Source of the DNA: an uncultured Gammaproteobacteria bacterium
GTDB lineage: Bacteria; Patescibacteriota; Microgenomatia; Levybacterales; UBA12049
Direction of reading: 5' to 3'
Length of the DNA: 64,000 nucleotides
NCBI GenBank assembly: GCA_964537895.1
Contig: CAZIDK010000002.1
Location: 82,684-146,683 of the forward strand
A model generated the notes under the pieces. The model was given only the letters and a program-made list of their open reading frames with translations. It searched no databases and had not been told where the DNA came from. The first letter of the stretch is position 1; every line of letters starts with the position of its first letter. The position numbers and the translations under genes were made by a program. Below are positions 45,106-56,632 of the stretch, piece by piece.

Positions 45106-47298
45106 TTACTTTCTCACAACTATTCCCTTTTTAGTTTCCGAAATAATAATCTTAAGTTTAACATTTTTTTCTGCTGGAGGATGCTTTTTCCACCATAATA
45201 AATACTCATAATTCATCGTAAAACTTTCGAACTGGCTTCCCGAACCCATACCTATTAAATTATATTCCTCGCCATTAGCTAATTCAATTATTTTATCTAC
45301 CGCACTTATTCTTTGTGTAAATCCGTTTGTTTGGCTGCTTTTAAAGCTGGCATAGGAATTAAAAACAACTATCAGAAAAAAAGCAACCATTGAAACAGTT
45401 CTTATCTTCTCTCTGCCCAGTAAATAATCAAAAAATAAAGCTATAAGTAAAATTATTAAAGGAAAGGTTATGGGCAGGTAAGCATCTGAAGGAGACTTAT
45501 TTATCAATATTCCGCCAATTGAAGTTAGCAAAAATATTAAAAGCAGTAGTTTCGGATTTTCCAAATTAAAATTATTTTTTTTAAGTAAATCCTTAACTGC
45601 AATAACAACCGATAAACTAAAAAGAAAAAGAGCTATGGCAAGACTTGCTTCAAACGTGATTTTCTGCATGCTTTGCAGTAAGAACTTAACCACAACGGCA
45701 ATGCCTGAATTAGCTCCTTCCAGAGAATGTTTAAATAAAAAGCTAAAGGGCTTATATATAAAAACCCATCCTAAAAAAACAAGAGTTTGTTTGAATCCGT
45801 TTGTAAAATCGTAAACAATAATTGGCGCCATTACGGTAATAAGCCCTGTTATTGAATAAATGAATATTTTTCTATTCAAGATATTTTTTATCCAGTGTTT
45901 TCTTTTATAAAGACCGTATAAAAATATAAAAAATAAAGGGAAAAAGAGGCTAAACGTTGCAAGCTCCAAATTGTAAAGAAGTGAAAGTAATATTACTATT
46001 AGCGGAAAATACAAAGCCTGCCCCTTCAGCCATTTATAAATACAGTAAAAATATAATATTGTAAAAAATGGAACTACGGAAGGATCAAAAGGCATCCTCT
46101 CAAAAAAAACAATAAGAGGCGAAACCGCGTATAAAGATGCCGCTACTATTCCTACCCTTTGAGAAAACATTTCCGAACCCAATTTATACATCAAAAAAGT
46201 AGCTCCGACTCCAAATGCTGCAGTAAGTAGTCCTCCTGATATTGGATTAAAATTTCCTAATAAAAGAGCTACGGAAAGCATATATGTCCATAAAGGTCCC
46301 TGATGGAGCCATGTATGGCTCGACGTTATGCCGACAAGCGGAATTTTTCCTTCTATAAGTAAATCTCTTGCCGATAGGTAAAACCACCCCTGGTCTCCGA
46401 TAAAAACCATGCTTTGGGAAAGATTGTAAATTCTAAGAAATAAAGCTAGTAATAATGTTAATAATATCAAGAAGAAAGTCTTATTAATTCTTAAAAATGC
46501 CTCGACCAGTAATGCCTTAACAATACCGTAATGTTTTTTAAAGTACAAAAACCTGCTTCTTGAAAAAATTTTATTTGAATTTCTTAATTGCTTGGTGCTG
46601 GCGCCTACTTCATGAAATATTTTTGCTTTTGATAAAAGATAAATCTTGTAACCTAATTTCCTGACCCGGTTAGATACGTCATCTTCCTCAAAGTATAGGA
46701 AAAACTTTTCGTCAAAACCGTTTATTTTATCAAACAATTTACGGGAAATCATAAACGCGGTACCAGGGCAGACCTCTATCTCTTTAAGTGCTGTATGATT
46801 CCAATCTTTTAGCCAATACTCTCTTGAAAAACGATTCTTCGGAAATATTTTTTCAATAAATGAAAGGCAGATTATACCCTTGAGCGGGGTAAGTTCACTT
46901 GTCCCTTGAAGAACAAACGGCTTTTCGTCTTTATCCACCAACAAGGGAGATACAATGCCTACATTTTTGTTTCTAGTGAGAAAACTCGCTAATTCGTCAA
47001 TCGTGTTCTTGAAAACCAGAGTATCAGGATTTAAAATAAATAAATATTCCCCTTTTGCATATTTTGCCCCCAAATTATTTCCTCCGCCGTATCCTAGATT
47101 AGATGGACTTTTTATATATTTAACGTCAGGAAATAATTTTAACAATTCTTTCTCTATTACACTTTCTTCATCGTTATCGACGACTATAATTTCAAAAGAA
47201 GTTTTAGGTTTTGAGTCGTATATTGAGTTTATGCAGGCAAAAAGTCTTTCTTTTACTTTATAATTTACTATAATTATTGAGACCTTTAGATTTTTCAT
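45106..47298 (-). CDS. GT2 + GT-C (PMT-like) fusion glycosyltransferase
   Basis: N-terminal SIIIVNY, NLGYGGGNN, LNPD, FDEKFFLYFEE; C-terminal LRIYNL...FIGDQG..Y, multi-TM. Confidence 0.8.
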   Translation of the reverse strand: MKNLKVSIIIVNYKVKERLFACINSIYDSKPKTSFEIIVVDNDEESVIEKELLKLFPDVKYIKSPSNLGYGGGNNLGAKYAKGEYLFILNPDTLVFKNTIDELASFLTRNKNVGIVSPLLVDKDEKPFVLQGTSELTPLKGIICLSFIEKIFPKNRFSREYWLKDWNHTALKEIEVCPGTAFMISRKLFDKINGFDEKFFLYFEEDDVSNRVRKLGYKIYLLSKAKIFHEVGASTKQLRNSNKIFSRSRFLYFKKHYGIVKALLVEAFLRINKTFFLILLTLLLALFLRIYNLSQSMVFIGDQGWFYLSARDLLIEGKIPLVGITSSHTWLHQGPLWTYMLSVALLLGNFNPISGGLLTAAFGVGATFLMYKLGSEMFSQRVGIVAASLYAVSPLIVFFERMPFDPSVVPFFTILYFYCIYKWLKGQALYFPLIVILLSLLYNLELATFSLFFPLFFIFLYGLYKRKHWIKNILNRKIFIYSITGLITVMAPIIVYDFTNGFKQTLVFLGWVFIYKPFSFLFKHSLEGANSGIAVVVKFLLQSMQKITFEASLAIALFLFSLSVVIAVKDLLKKNNFNLENPKLLLLIFLLTSIGGILINKSPSDAYLPITFPLIILLIALFFDYLLGREKIRTVSMVAFFLIVVFNSYASFKSSQTNGFTQRISAVDKIIELANGEEYNLIGMGSGSQFESFTMNYEYLLWWKKHPPAEKNVKLKIIISETKKGIVVRK

Positions 47299-47304
47299 AA
47301 ATAA

Positions 47305-48381
47305 TTAGATTATTGTCTTAGCAATATTCAAAAAACTATTTGCGCTTTTTCCCCAGGTAAATTTATCTAAAACTAGTTTCCTCCCGTTTTTCCCCATTTC
47401 GACTCTTAGTTTGTCATCCGAAAGCAAAAAGTCTATTTTATCTTTTAACTCTTCCTGTTTTCTTTCAATCAAAAACCCTGTTTTGCCCTCGATTACAGAT
47501 TCCCTGAATCCACCTTCGTTCACGGCTACTACCGGAACTTCACAGGCCATTGATTCTATGGGAATTAACCCGAACGGCTCACTTCTGCTTAGTGCTAGAA
47601 CAATTTTTGACTTATTAATTTCTTCCGTCAAATTTTCTTCTGCAATACCCTCCCCTTTTTCGTTTCTTACGACATACCGGACCGAAGGTTTTTTCTTATA
47701 TATTTTCAGAGTTGCGTTAAGCAAATCATATCCCTCTATGGAAGATTTTTCGCCTATAAATAACAGGTCATAAGGTTTTTTAATGTTTTTGGGAGAAAAT
47801 CTGTCCGTGTCTGCTCCCAGATAGCATACCTTAGCATTAATACCGTAAGCGTCGTATATATTATCTCTTGAAAATTCGGAGTTTGCTAAAACAATTCCTG
47901 CATTGTGGATATTTCCCTTATCTATCAGTTTTCTTATTTTTCGGTTATAGAATTCGTATTGTTTTTTAAAAAGATTCAAATTACGGGGAATTACCATTAA
48001 AGGGTCATAAATCATTCTCAATGGTTCCTGGCAAAAATATATTGTTTTATTAATCATTCGCAATAAAAATGGCGCTTGGGTAAATTTTGAGGGGCTCACG
48101 AAAACAAAATCGTAGTCTTTATCTTGCATAATTTTTGCAATTTTTCTATGAAGAAAAAATAATCTGATTAATCCTATTGAATCACGATAAATTCTTGACT
48201 TGCTTCCTGCAAATTTAAAATAATAAACCTTGTTAAAAATTGAGGGAACTCTTGAATCTTCCCCATCGTCAACATAATACAAATCTACCTCGTGTTCTTT
48301 ACCGAGGATTTTTCCGTATTCCTCAACCACCTTTCTGGCTCCACTTAAAGGAGTTAATTCATGAAAAAATGCTATTTTCAT
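47305..48381 (-). CDS. GT4 glycosyltransferase
   Basis: EPFGLIPIESMACEVPVV, GGFRESV..G.TGFL. Confidence 0.9.
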   Translation of the reverse strand: MKIAFFHELTPLSGARKVVEEYGKILGKEHEVDLYYVDDGEDSRVPSIFNKVYYFKFAGSKSRIYRDSIGLIRLFFLHRKIAKIMQDKDYDFVFVSPSKFTQAPFLLRMINKTIYFCQEPLRMIYDPLMVIPRNLNLFKKQYEFYNRKIRKLIDKGNIHNAGIVLANSEFSRDNIYDAYGINAKVCYLGADTDRFSPKNIKKPYDLLFIGEKSSIEGYDLLNATLKIYKKKPSVRYVVRNEKGEGIAEENLTEEINKSKIVLALSRSEPFGLIPIESMACEVPVVAVNEGGFRESVIEGKTGFLIERKQEELKDKIDFLLSDDKLRVEMGKNGRKLVLDKFTWGKSANSFLNIAKTII

Positions 48382-49217
48382 TTCTTATTTACTAATATAC
48401 TAACGAAATCACTTCCACAGAGTATATTAAAAGGAAATTTTCTAGAAATTGGGTCCAAAAATACCAAAAAATTAAAAATTGTATCTTTAGAACTAAATAT
48501 TGGTTTTCTGACTGTAACATTACTACTTTCTAAGCTTCCCTCGAATTTAAATTTTTTAAATAAACTTGAAAGTGAAAAATATGTTGACTCATTAATATGC
48601 ATTATTAAATGAGAGTCAGTTCTTATTTGTGAAGGAGAAGCAATGTTTGGATATTTACTGCTATTTATAGTATTCCAAAATTTTGTAATTAAACTACCTA
48701 CTGGATAAGAGTAAAATCTATAAAAAAAATCGTTGAAGAGCTTATTGGGCGCAGTATGAATAATAAGCTTACCTTTTGGCTTAAGAACTCTTTTAATCTC
48801 TTTGAAAGCAAGTTCTAATTCCTCGGGATACAAATGCTCTACAACATCAGTCATAATTATCAAATCGAATGAATTATCTTTAAATTTAAGTTTTTTTGCA
48901 TCCATATATAGGAATTTTGTTTTAGATTGCACTAACTTAGATTGCTTTTTTTGAGCTAATTTCGCTAAACCTATTGAATCTTTTGAGTAATCTACTCCTA
49001 CACCCTCTGCTCCATGTTTTGCCGCATAAAATATCATTTCCCCTCTTCCACACCCTACATCTAACACTTTCTGTCCCGGTTTAATTTTAAAGTGTTTAAT
49101 CAATTCTTTAAATCTAACCTCAAGCTCTTTTCCGTAACTTTTATGGAATTCTTGATATCCAGTACAATCCGTTAAATAATATTTTTTGGTATAAACGCTT
49201 GGACTAACTCTTCTCAT
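48378..49217 (-). CDS. Class I SAM-dependent methyltransferase
   Basis: VLDVGCGRGE, DVVEHL, RVLKPKG. Confidence 0.88.
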   Translation of the reverse strand: MRRVSPSVYTKKYYLTDCTGYQEFHKSYGKELEVRFKELIKHFKIKPGQKVLDVGCGRGEMIFYAAKHGAEGVGVDYSKDSIGLAKLAQKKQSKLVQSKTKFLYMDAKKLKFKDNSFDLIIMTDVVEHLYPEELELAFKEIKRVLKPKGKLIIHTAPNKLFNDFFYRFYSYPVGSLITKFWNTINSSKYPNIASPSQIRTDSHLIMHINESTYFSLSSLFKKFKFEGSLESSNVTVRKPIFSSKDTIFNFLVFLDPISRKFPFNILCGSDFVSILVNKK

Positions 49218-49220
49218 AGA

Positions 49221-50444
49221 TTAATGTTGATATATTATCTTAAAGGTGAAATATGTCATAAACGGCAAAGCAACTAAGGAGCCAATTAATGCTGATAATC
49301 CTGCTCCATATATTCCATAAGTTATAACTAATGGAACTATTGTCACAGCAAGACCTATTATGCTAACTAAAGTTACTACTGTTACGTATTTTTGTTTTCC
49401 GACAGATAAAAAAAGAGCAGAGGATGATCCCGATATAGCTCTAATTACGCCGAATATAACAAGAATTCGAAGCACATCTACTATTCCTAACCATTTTTGT
49501 CCAAGAACTACTTTTACAATTTCATTGGGGAATAATACCAATATTATTCCGAATGGTATAGTTACTATTGAAACAAAAAGAAGGGTTTTTAAGAATGCTT
49601 TTCTTAAACGCAATCTATCTTCAGATATTATTGTGTAAACAGGAAAAGTAACTTTGGAAATTACATCTGCAACATCGGTTATTGGTAGCATTGAGATGTT
49701 ATAAGCCATCTGGTACAAACCCAAACTTCCTGTTCCTAAAATTCTTCCAACCACTATGTTGTCAAAATTATGAAATAGGTAACTAAATATTCCGCTCAGG
49801 GTTATCCATTTACCTCTACTTAGTATCCTTGAAAAATACTTTTTGTCAATTGAAAAATGAGGCTTTGGGGAAATAAACAAAAATGAAAAAACAATCTCCA
49901 GAATAACTCCTGCGATAAGGCCAAAAATAAGACCATTAACTGAATGAGTTAAAAAAGCTAACGTTATTGAAACGGATGAACCAAAAAAGAATATTATTAA
50001 TCTATACCAAAACTCTTTACGAAAATTTAATTCTTTTTGAAATTTAATTACAGAAGGATTAATGAATCCCCTTAAGAACGGAACGATTGCTAATAAGAAT
50101 AATACATCAAGGGAACCTGGAGAATGAAAAAATACCGAAACAAAAGGAGCCAATATCAATATGGATATAGCAATAAAAATTCCTCTTATTATCGACACTA
50201 TCCATGCAGAATTTAGATAATTCTCTATTTTACCTTTTTCCTGTATAAGTAGCACATTTATGCCGGTCTCTGTTAGCACCTCCAATAAAGCCATAATTAA
50301 CATAGCAATTCCATATACTCCAAATTGAGAAGGACTAAGAATGCGAGCAAGCAATATGATGCTAAGAAAAGAAACTGCTCTTGTAGAAAGCTTAAGTGCC
50401 CATGTCCACGAAATACCAGTTATTACGTTTTTTGTAAACCCCAT
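49221..50444 (-). CDS. Wzx-type polysaccharide flippase
   Basis: LARILSP.QFG, D.IVVGRILG..SLGLY.MAY, 12+ TMs; start taken at MGFTKN. Confidence 0.88.
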   Translation of the reverse strand: MGFTKNVITGISWTWALKLSTRAVSFLSIILLARILSPSQFGVYGIAMLIMALLEVLTETGINVLLIQEKGKIENYLNSAWIVSIIRGIFIAISILILAPFVSVFFHSPGSLDVLFLLAIVPFLRGFINPSVIKFQKELNFRKEFWYRLIIFFFGSSVSITLAFLTHSVNGLIFGLIAGVILEIVFSFLFISPKPHFSIDKKYFSRILSRGKWITLSGIFSYLFHNFDNIVVGRILGTGSLGLYQMAYNISMLPITDVADVISKVTFPVYTIISEDRLRLRKAFLKTLLFVSIVTIPFGIILVLFPNEIVKVVLGQKWLGIVDVLRILVIFGVIRAISGSSSALFLSVGKQKYVTVVTLVSIIGLAVTIVPLVITYGIYGAGLSALIGSLVALPFMTYFTFKIIYQH

Positions 50445-50503
50445 ATTTAGTATTGAAATTATACCAGCTTTAGCTTTATAATACATTATCCTGCCTCAAT
50501 CAA

Positions 50504-51748
50504 ATGATAATTAAAAAATGCAGATCTTGTAATTCTAAAAACCTAATCAAAATTATCTCTTTAGGAAATCAGTATTTATCCGATTTTACAAAAACTAGAA
50601 GAAAACCAAAAGCCTTTCCCCTAAGACTCGTTCTTTGTAAAAAATGTTTTCTCGTACAGCTTGACTACACCGCTCCTTCGAAATACCTTTATACCGAAAG
50701 ATACGGATATAAATCGGGCATAAACCAGACAATGCAGGAAGAATTAAAAGAAATAACTCAAAAATCCCTGAAAAAAATAAAAAAATTGAGTGGAACGAAA
50801 TCCGCCTCTGGCAGAACAAACGAAAAAATAATTGCTGTGGATATAGGCGCAAATGACGGCACACTGCTAAAAAATTATCCTAAGAGTATTTACAGAATAG
50901 GTGTTGAACCAATTACTAAATTTGCGAAAGAGGCAAAAAAATACTCCGACAAAGTTATAAATGATTTTTTTACATACGAATCGTTCTATAATGCTTTAAA
51001 AAATAAAAGAGCGGATATAATCACAATAATTTCCTGCTTTTACGACATGGAAGACCCTAATAAGTTTATTTCCGATGTAAAAAAAATAATGAAGGATGAC
51101 GGAATATGTGTAATTCAGCAGAATTATCTTGTCGGCATGCTTAAACAAAACGCTTTTGATAACATTGTTCACGAGCATTTGGAATATTACTCTCTTCTTT
51201 CTCTAAATAATCTTCTTAATAGGCATGGGCTGGAAGTTTTTGACTTAGAAAAACGAACCCTTAATGGAGGAAGTTTTAGAACGTATATCGCTTTTAAAGG
51301 CAAAAAAGGGATATCAAAGGCTGTAGAAAAACTTAACAAGTATGAAAAAAGGTTAGGACTTAACAAAAAGAAAATTTATCTTGATTTTGCAAAAAGAATA
51401 GAAAAAAACAAAAAAAACCTGTTTGAATTTATAAAGAAAGAGGCTGCAAAAGGAAAAACAATATATCTTTACGGAGCTTCCACCAGGGGGAACACCCTAC
51501 TCCAATATTTTGGCTTAGATAATAAGCTGATAAAAAAAGCAGTAGAAAGAAATCCCGAAAAATGGGGAAAAATAATTGCATCCGTTGGAATACCCATCAT
51601 ATCTGAAGAACAGGCAAGAAAAGATAAACCCGACTATATGCTTGTTCTGCCTTGGTTTTTTAAAGAGGAGTTTTTAAAAAGAGAAAGTAAATACCTTGAA
51701 AACGGCGGACATTTTATTTTCCCTCTCCCAAAATTTGAAGTTATTTAG
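50504..51748 (+). CDS. NDP-sugar C-methyltransferase family (Zn-binding N-terminus)
   Basis: CRSC...C..C.LVQL, DIGANDGTLL, FDNIVHEHLEYYS, YGAST.GNTLL, PDY.LVLPW. Confidence 0.85.
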   Translation: MIIKKCRSCNSKNLIKIISLGNQYLSDFTKTRRKPKAFPLRLVLCKKCFLVQLDYTAPSKYLYTERYGYKSGINQTMQEELKEITQKSLKKIKKLSGTKSASGRTNEKIIAVDIGANDGTLLKNYPKSIYRIGVEPITKFAKEAKKYSDKVINDFFTYESFYNALKNKRADIITIISCFYDMEDPNKFISDVKKIMKDDGICVIQQNYLVGMLKQNAFDNIVHEHLEYYSLLSLNNLLNRHGLEVFDLEKRTLNGGSFRTYIAFKGKKGISKAVEKLNKYEKRLGLNKKKIYLDFAKRIEKNKKNLFEFIKKEAAKGKTIYLYGASTRGNTLLQYFGLDNKLIKKAVERNPEKWGKIIASVGIPIISEEQARKDKPDYMLVLPWFFKEEFLKRESKYLENGGHFIFPLPKFEVI

Positions 51749-53999
51749 AAGAATAGATATCAACTATCGGGGCTCCAGCCGCCTTTACCTGATGTATTAA
51801 TTTATAATTTCTTCTTATTTGAGAATCATCAAAACCTTCTCTTAAAACATGGTAATAATTTACGACTACGTAATCGTATTTTATTTTAGGATCGTAAATT
51901 CCTTTATTAGGATCTATAAATATAAGCTTTTGATTTTTTATCGGTGGAAAGACATGGGGCGGAGAAATAAAAAGCGCTATTGATGAATTCTTTTTTGCAT
52001 TGTCTCTTAAATAATACCCCGCTTCCCTAAGCCCCTGTCCCCACCAGCCAAGCTCAAAGTACTTTTTATCGTAAACCCCTTTCGGACCTCCGACTAAAAT
52101 ATTAAAATAATCTAAATAATAAGGTTTTGTCTGATAAATAATGGAAAACATATATAGCGTTACTACTATAATTGAGAATACTTTTACTTTCGTACCAAAT
52201 TTGAATTTTTCAATTAAAAAACTTACTCCCATCGCCGCTATTATTGCAAGGGGAGCATAAATCTCAATAATATATCTTACTCCATGAACTCTCCAAGCAT
52301 AAAAAGACTGAATAAACGGAAAGATAAACCAAATAATTAATCCGTATAAAACCCAGTTTCTCATTTTCTCTATTTTCTTCAACCCAATTAAAGAAAGAAA
52401 AATAATTAAAAGCGGTGTGGTTATAAAGAAAAAAGTTACAAAATATATTACTGGACTAAACATTAATCTTCCCCAAAAAATTGTTGGAGGAGATGTTTTT
52501 ACCAGCCAAATTTTTTGATTAATGGCATTAATTACATCCAGATGGAAATATGGCATTGGCCAAAGAACTATAAACGTAATTGCTGAAATTATTCCTATTA
52601 AAAATAATGAAAGGAATTTTTTATTAATAAACTTTTCTTTTAGTTTTCCTGTATTAAAATACCACAATAAATATATAAGACCAAAAATTGGAAACAGCAG
52701 GGCATTAGATTGTTTAGCCTCCAAGGAAAGTCCAACTAAAATTCCCGTTAGAACCAGTTTTTTGAAGGAAAAGCTTTTTAAAAATCTGATAAGTGAATAA
52801 ACGGAAGACGTAAACAGAAACATTAAGATACTCTCCGTAGTTACCAATTGGGATAAACCGATAAAAAAGGGTAGGGTAGAAAATATAATTCCAGAAGTTA
52901 ATCCGACAAAAGGAGAGATATACTCCCACGCAATTAATAAAACCAATACCGCAGACAGACTTCCAAAAATTGCGGAGAGTAATCTTGAATAAGTATAATC
53001 ATAATTAAATATCGGATTTCCGCTTTTGTCAGTCCCTGTTTTATCCAAGTGAGCAGTTAAACCATAAATATATTTAACAAGCGGGGGATGATCATAAGTA
53101 GTAACAAAATATTTATTACCAAAATCTCCCTTAACTATCAGCTCATCCAGCTTATATCCTTGCTCTATATATTCAGGCTCATCCCAAGTTCTCCCCATTT
53201 GATTCAATGTTGCAATTCTTAAAGTCAGCGACAATAGGAAGATGAAAATTATTGAAATAATTATTTTCCATCTGCTTTTAAAGAGATATTCCAGTTTCAT
53301 TAGAATTACAAACGATAAAGACTTGAATAATTCCTTAGCATTTACTGTTGATTTACCATATATTCTATAATTCCAGGTAATTGGTACTTCTCCGATCTTA
53401 AATCCTGCAAGATGCAGTTTATATGCTGTTTCCGATAGCGTTATAAAGCCTTTTGACCTTAGCTTTGTTTTAACAAGAAACTCAACCGCTCTTCTGTTAT
53501 ATAGTCTAAAACCGCTTGTGTGATCGCTTAAATGAATTCCTAACCAGTAATACAAAAATTTATTTATAACCCTGCTCATAATTGTTCTGCTTGCGGCAAT
53601 ATTTATTATTCTTCCTCCGGGAAGGTATCGTGAGCCGATAATTAAAGCAAAATCCTCGCTATTCTTTTTCTTTATAAATCTCTCCATTTCTAAAGGATCG
53701 TGAGCCAAATCCGAATCCATTTCGAATACATATTCGATATTTTTTTCTTTCAAAACTTCTCTAAAACCGTCTAAAACCGCGCTGCCCCGCCCAATTTTTC
53801 TAAGTCTTGAAATAAGAATGATATTCTTTTTTCCTTTTACAATTTTTTTTAGTTTTTCGTTTTCATCCAGACGTGAATCGTCAACTATTACGATTTTCGA
53901 CAACGGAAGATTTTTATTTATTCCCTTAATAAGGATAGAAAGATTTTTTACCTCGTTATATGAGGGAATAACAACCGCAATGTTTTTATAATTTTTCAT
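51741..53999 (-). CDS. Polyprenol-phosphate sugar synthase (DPM1-like GT2) fused to a GT-C domain
   Basis: VIPSYNE, EMDSDLAH, IGSRY, D.TSGFR; then TWDEP.Y, HPPL.KY, multi-TM. Confidence 0.82.
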   Translation of the reverse strand: MKNYKNIAVVIPSYNEVKNLSILIKGINKNLPLSKIVIVDDSRLDENEKLKKIVKGKKNIILISRLRKIGRGSAVLDGFREVLKEKNIEYVFEMDSDLAHDPLEMERFIKKKNSEDFALIIGSRYLPGGRIINIAASRTIMSRVINKFLYYWLGIHLSDHTSGFRLYNRRAVEFLVKTKLRSKGFITLSETAYKLHLAGFKIGEVPITWNYRIYGKSTVNAKELFKSLSFVILMKLEYLFKSRWKIIISIIFIFLLSLTLRIATLNQMGRTWDEPEYIEQGYKLDELIVKGDFGNKYFVTTYDHPPLVKYIYGLTAHLDKTGTDKSGNPIFNYDYTYSRLLSAIFGSLSAVLVLLIAWEYISPFVGLTSGIIFSTLPFFIGLSQLVTTESILMFLFTSSVYSLIRFLKSFSFKKLVLTGILVGLSLEAKQSNALLFPIFGLIYLLWYFNTGKLKEKFINKKFLSLFLIGIISAITFIVLWPMPYFHLDVINAINQKIWLVKTSPPTIFWGRLMFSPVIYFVTFFFITTPLLIIFLSLIGLKKIEKMRNWVLYGLIIWFIFPFIQSFYAWRVHGVRYIIEIYAPLAIIAAMGVSFLIEKFKFGTKVKVFSIIVVTLYMFSIIYQTKPYYLDYFNILVGGPKGVYDKKYFELGWWGQGLREAGYYLRDNAKKNSSIALFISPPHVFPPIKNQKLIFIDPNKGIYDPKIKYDYVVVNYYHVLREGFDDSQIRRNYKLIHQVKAAGAPIVDIYSSK

Positions 54000-56580
54000 A
54001 AACCGAAACTGTATTAGGTGCTTGCACTAATCCGGAAATAAAATATTCCAATTCGTTGTTAAATATTTTATAATATTTAAAGTTAGGTTTAAATTTGGCA
54101 ATAATTTCATATCCTTCATTGTTTAATCTTTTTACGAGATTTTTTTTGTCCGATTTTTTTAGATAACTCGTTTCTAATTCATCATTTGTTATAATTATAA
54201 CTTTTGGAATAGTCAAGCTTTTGCTGCTTGCAACTTGATACCTATAATTAGTTTTAACTTTTTGGCCGTATTGAATTAAATAGAATTCTTTTTGGACAAC
54301 GTCCGGTAAGAATTGGTAAATTGGGATATTTTCGATGCCGATTAATGTACCCTTTGGCACGTTTCTAATTATCCAATCAGAGGATAATTGCCTGGGACTA
54401 GCAGACCATTTTATCGGAAACCAAGAATATGTTTCAACTGTTTGAAACAATAACGCCGAAAATACTATTAAAATAAATATTAATCTTAGTAAATTATTTT
54501 TAATTTTTGAGTAAACATTGTTAATAAGCAGCGCAATAGACAAGGCCATAAAAGGAAGTAAAACTAAAACTCGATTATTCGTAGCTTCAGTTTTTATTAG
54601 GTATAGACTTAAGGAGAAAGTAAGAAAAACTAAAAATAATAATATTTGATATTTGTACTCATAAACAGTTTCTTTTGTTTTTTTGAATATTCCTCTATTT
54701 ATTAAAAATAAAATTCCAAAAGAGAACGAGAACAGAAATGAAATGTAAAACGGATGACCAAAAATTGCAGGATATAATTTAGTTAAGTAATACTCCCAAT
54801 AGCTCATTCCAAAAACAAAATTAGATGCTCTTATGGGAGCCTGTATTACGTTAGAATAAATATACTCGGACACGTTTCCCTTGCCCAACAGAATATCCGG
54901 ATTACCAAAAAATAAATAAACTAAAATATAAACAGAAAGGCCTATTGTTAAATGTTTTAACTTCCTTAAATAATTTGGGGTAAATATAAAAAACGTTAAT
55001 ATATACACCAAAAAAAGTGGCAAAGGCGATAATAGCTTAACGGACATCGCAAGAGCTGAAAAAATTCCGCCAAATAAAAAATTAATAAAATTTGGTTTCT
55101 CTGCATATTTTAAGAAAAACAAAAAAGACATTAGTATCCAAAACATTAAAGCAATATCGTATTTATAATAGTTGCTTAGCATAAGCCAAATAGGATTTAT
55201 GGTAAACAGAAACGACGCGATAAATGCGTTGAGTTTGAAATATTTTTTTGCAATGTAAGTAAAAAGTACTATCGATAAAATTCCAAAAAATAGGGTGTTT
55301 AATTTTAATACTACAAATAGCGAGCTCTGAATCTGCAGGTCTGTTACAGAAGATTTGATAGCAAAAAGATCAATAATTCCTAAAATGTAAAAGGGAATTA
55401 AATAAATACCTGTCAGAAAAAAATGAAAAATTGATCCGTTTGCGGAGCCTGCAATATTTGGAGTTCCGTATTTAAATAAATTGCGTACTGACTGTGACTG
55501 ATGCCACTCGTCCATAAAGTAATTAAACGGATGGTTAATGTTTGGAATACCATAAGAAATAACCGACAGCATAGTTAAAGCGTAAACGATAATAACAGCG
55601 GTAACTCCTTTGTTATTGAAGATAATCTTTAAAAATGACTTTAGAGATAAACTCCGGACAAAACCTAAGGTGGTTCCAATTATAACTGCAACATCGGACG
55701 TAAACTGAAGCAGGGGGAGGTAAAAGATAGCCTTAGGATTAGCAACGTATCTGTAGTTTTTCCAAATCGACCAAGCAACATATAACAAGAAACAAAAAAA
55801 TATAAATCCGTACAAATAAGCTGAGCGCTCAATAAATGAAAGTAAAATTAAATAAAGAGTAAAAGTATATCTTAAAAAAATAAAAATAACCTTATCTCTA
55901 TAAATGTTGGATTCTGCATCACCCAAGGCAAACCTGAAAAACATTACGAATGCCTGCTTTAAATTTTCTCTTGGAATCCAATTAACAATGGCATCTTTTT
56001 CAAACACAATTTTTGCATTAATTTTCTTTAACTTATTGGCAAAGGCATAATCTTCATTATGAGAAAGCTTTTCATCAAATCCCCCGACCTTTTTCCAAAT
56101 TGATTTTTTAAAAGCCATTGACCTCGTGGCAGGCAGAAAATTATTTTTATCCACTTTATCGGGCATCACTAAAACGTACGGAATAAGCGCTCTTTGAAAC
56201 AAACTTTCGGCTTTTCCTTTATAGTATCCTGCGACAACGTCAACCTTCTTATTCTTGAATGGTTTTATAATTTCTTTGACCCAATCCTTGTCTAAAACAC
56301 AGCCGGCATCCGAAACAAGAATTATTTCTCCTTTTGCATTTTTTATTGCCTCGTTTCTGCCAATAGATCTGTTTCCTTTTTGAAACAATATCTTTATATT
56401 GGGGTTATTTTTCCTTTGAGGAAACTTAAATTTTGATATTTCCGAGAGCGTGCTATCGGTAGAGCCGCCATCAACAATAATTATTTCATCCGGTAATTTA
56501 GTTTGCGCAAATACCGATTCGAGAAATTTTATAATTGTCTCTTGCTCGTTAAATACGGTTGTAATAAAAGATAATTTCAT
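53986..56580 (-). CDS. GT2 + GT-C fusion glycosyltransferase
   Basis: TVFNE, VDGGSTD, GRNEAI, GGFDE...ED; then P..YFMDE, multi-TM. Confidence 0.8.
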   Translation of the reverse strand: MKLSFITTVFNEQETIIKFLESVFAQTKLPDEIIIVDGGSTDSTLSEISKFKFPQRKNNPNIKILFQKGNRSIGRNEAIKNAKGEIILVSDAGCVLDKDWVKEIIKPFKNKKVDVVAGYYKGKAESLFQRALIPYVLVMPDKVDKNNFLPATRSMAFKKSIWKKVGGFDEKLSHNEDYAFANKLKKINAKIVFEKDAIVNWIPRENLKQAFVMFFRFALGDAESNIYRDKVIFIFLRYTFTLYLILLSFIERSAYLYGFIFFCFLLYVAWSIWKNYRYVANPKAIFYLPLLQFTSDVAVIIGTTLGFVRSLSLKSFLKIIFNNKGVTAVIIVYALTMLSVISYGIPNINHPFNYFMDEWHQSQSVRNLFKYGTPNIAGSANGSIFHFFLTGIYLIPFYILGIIDLFAIKSSVTDLQIQSSLFVVLKLNTLFFGILSIVLFTYIAKKYFKLNAFIASFLFTINPIWLMLSNYYKYDIALMFWILMSFLFFLKYAEKPNFINFLFGGIFSALAMSVKLLSPLPLFLVYILTFFIFTPNYLRKLKHLTIGLSVYILVYLFFGNPDILLGKGNVSEYIYSNVIQAPIRASNFVFGMSYWEYYLTKLYPAIFGHPFYISFLFSFSFGILFLINRGIFKKTKETVYEYKYQILLFLVFLTFSLSLYLIKTEATNNRVLVLLPFMALSIALLINNVYSKIKNNLLRLIFILIVFSALLFQTVETYSWFPIKWSASPRQLSSDWIIRNVPKGTLIGIENIPIYQFLPDVVQKEFYLIQYGQKVKTNYRYQVASSKSLTIPKVIIITNDELETSYLKKSDKKNLVKRLNNEGYEIIAKFKPNFKYYKIFNNELEYFISGLVQAPNTVSVYEKL

Positions 56581-56632
56581 ACCTTCCGTCTGTTGGTTGA
56601 AATTATACCATTCTTTTGCTTAGAATACATTA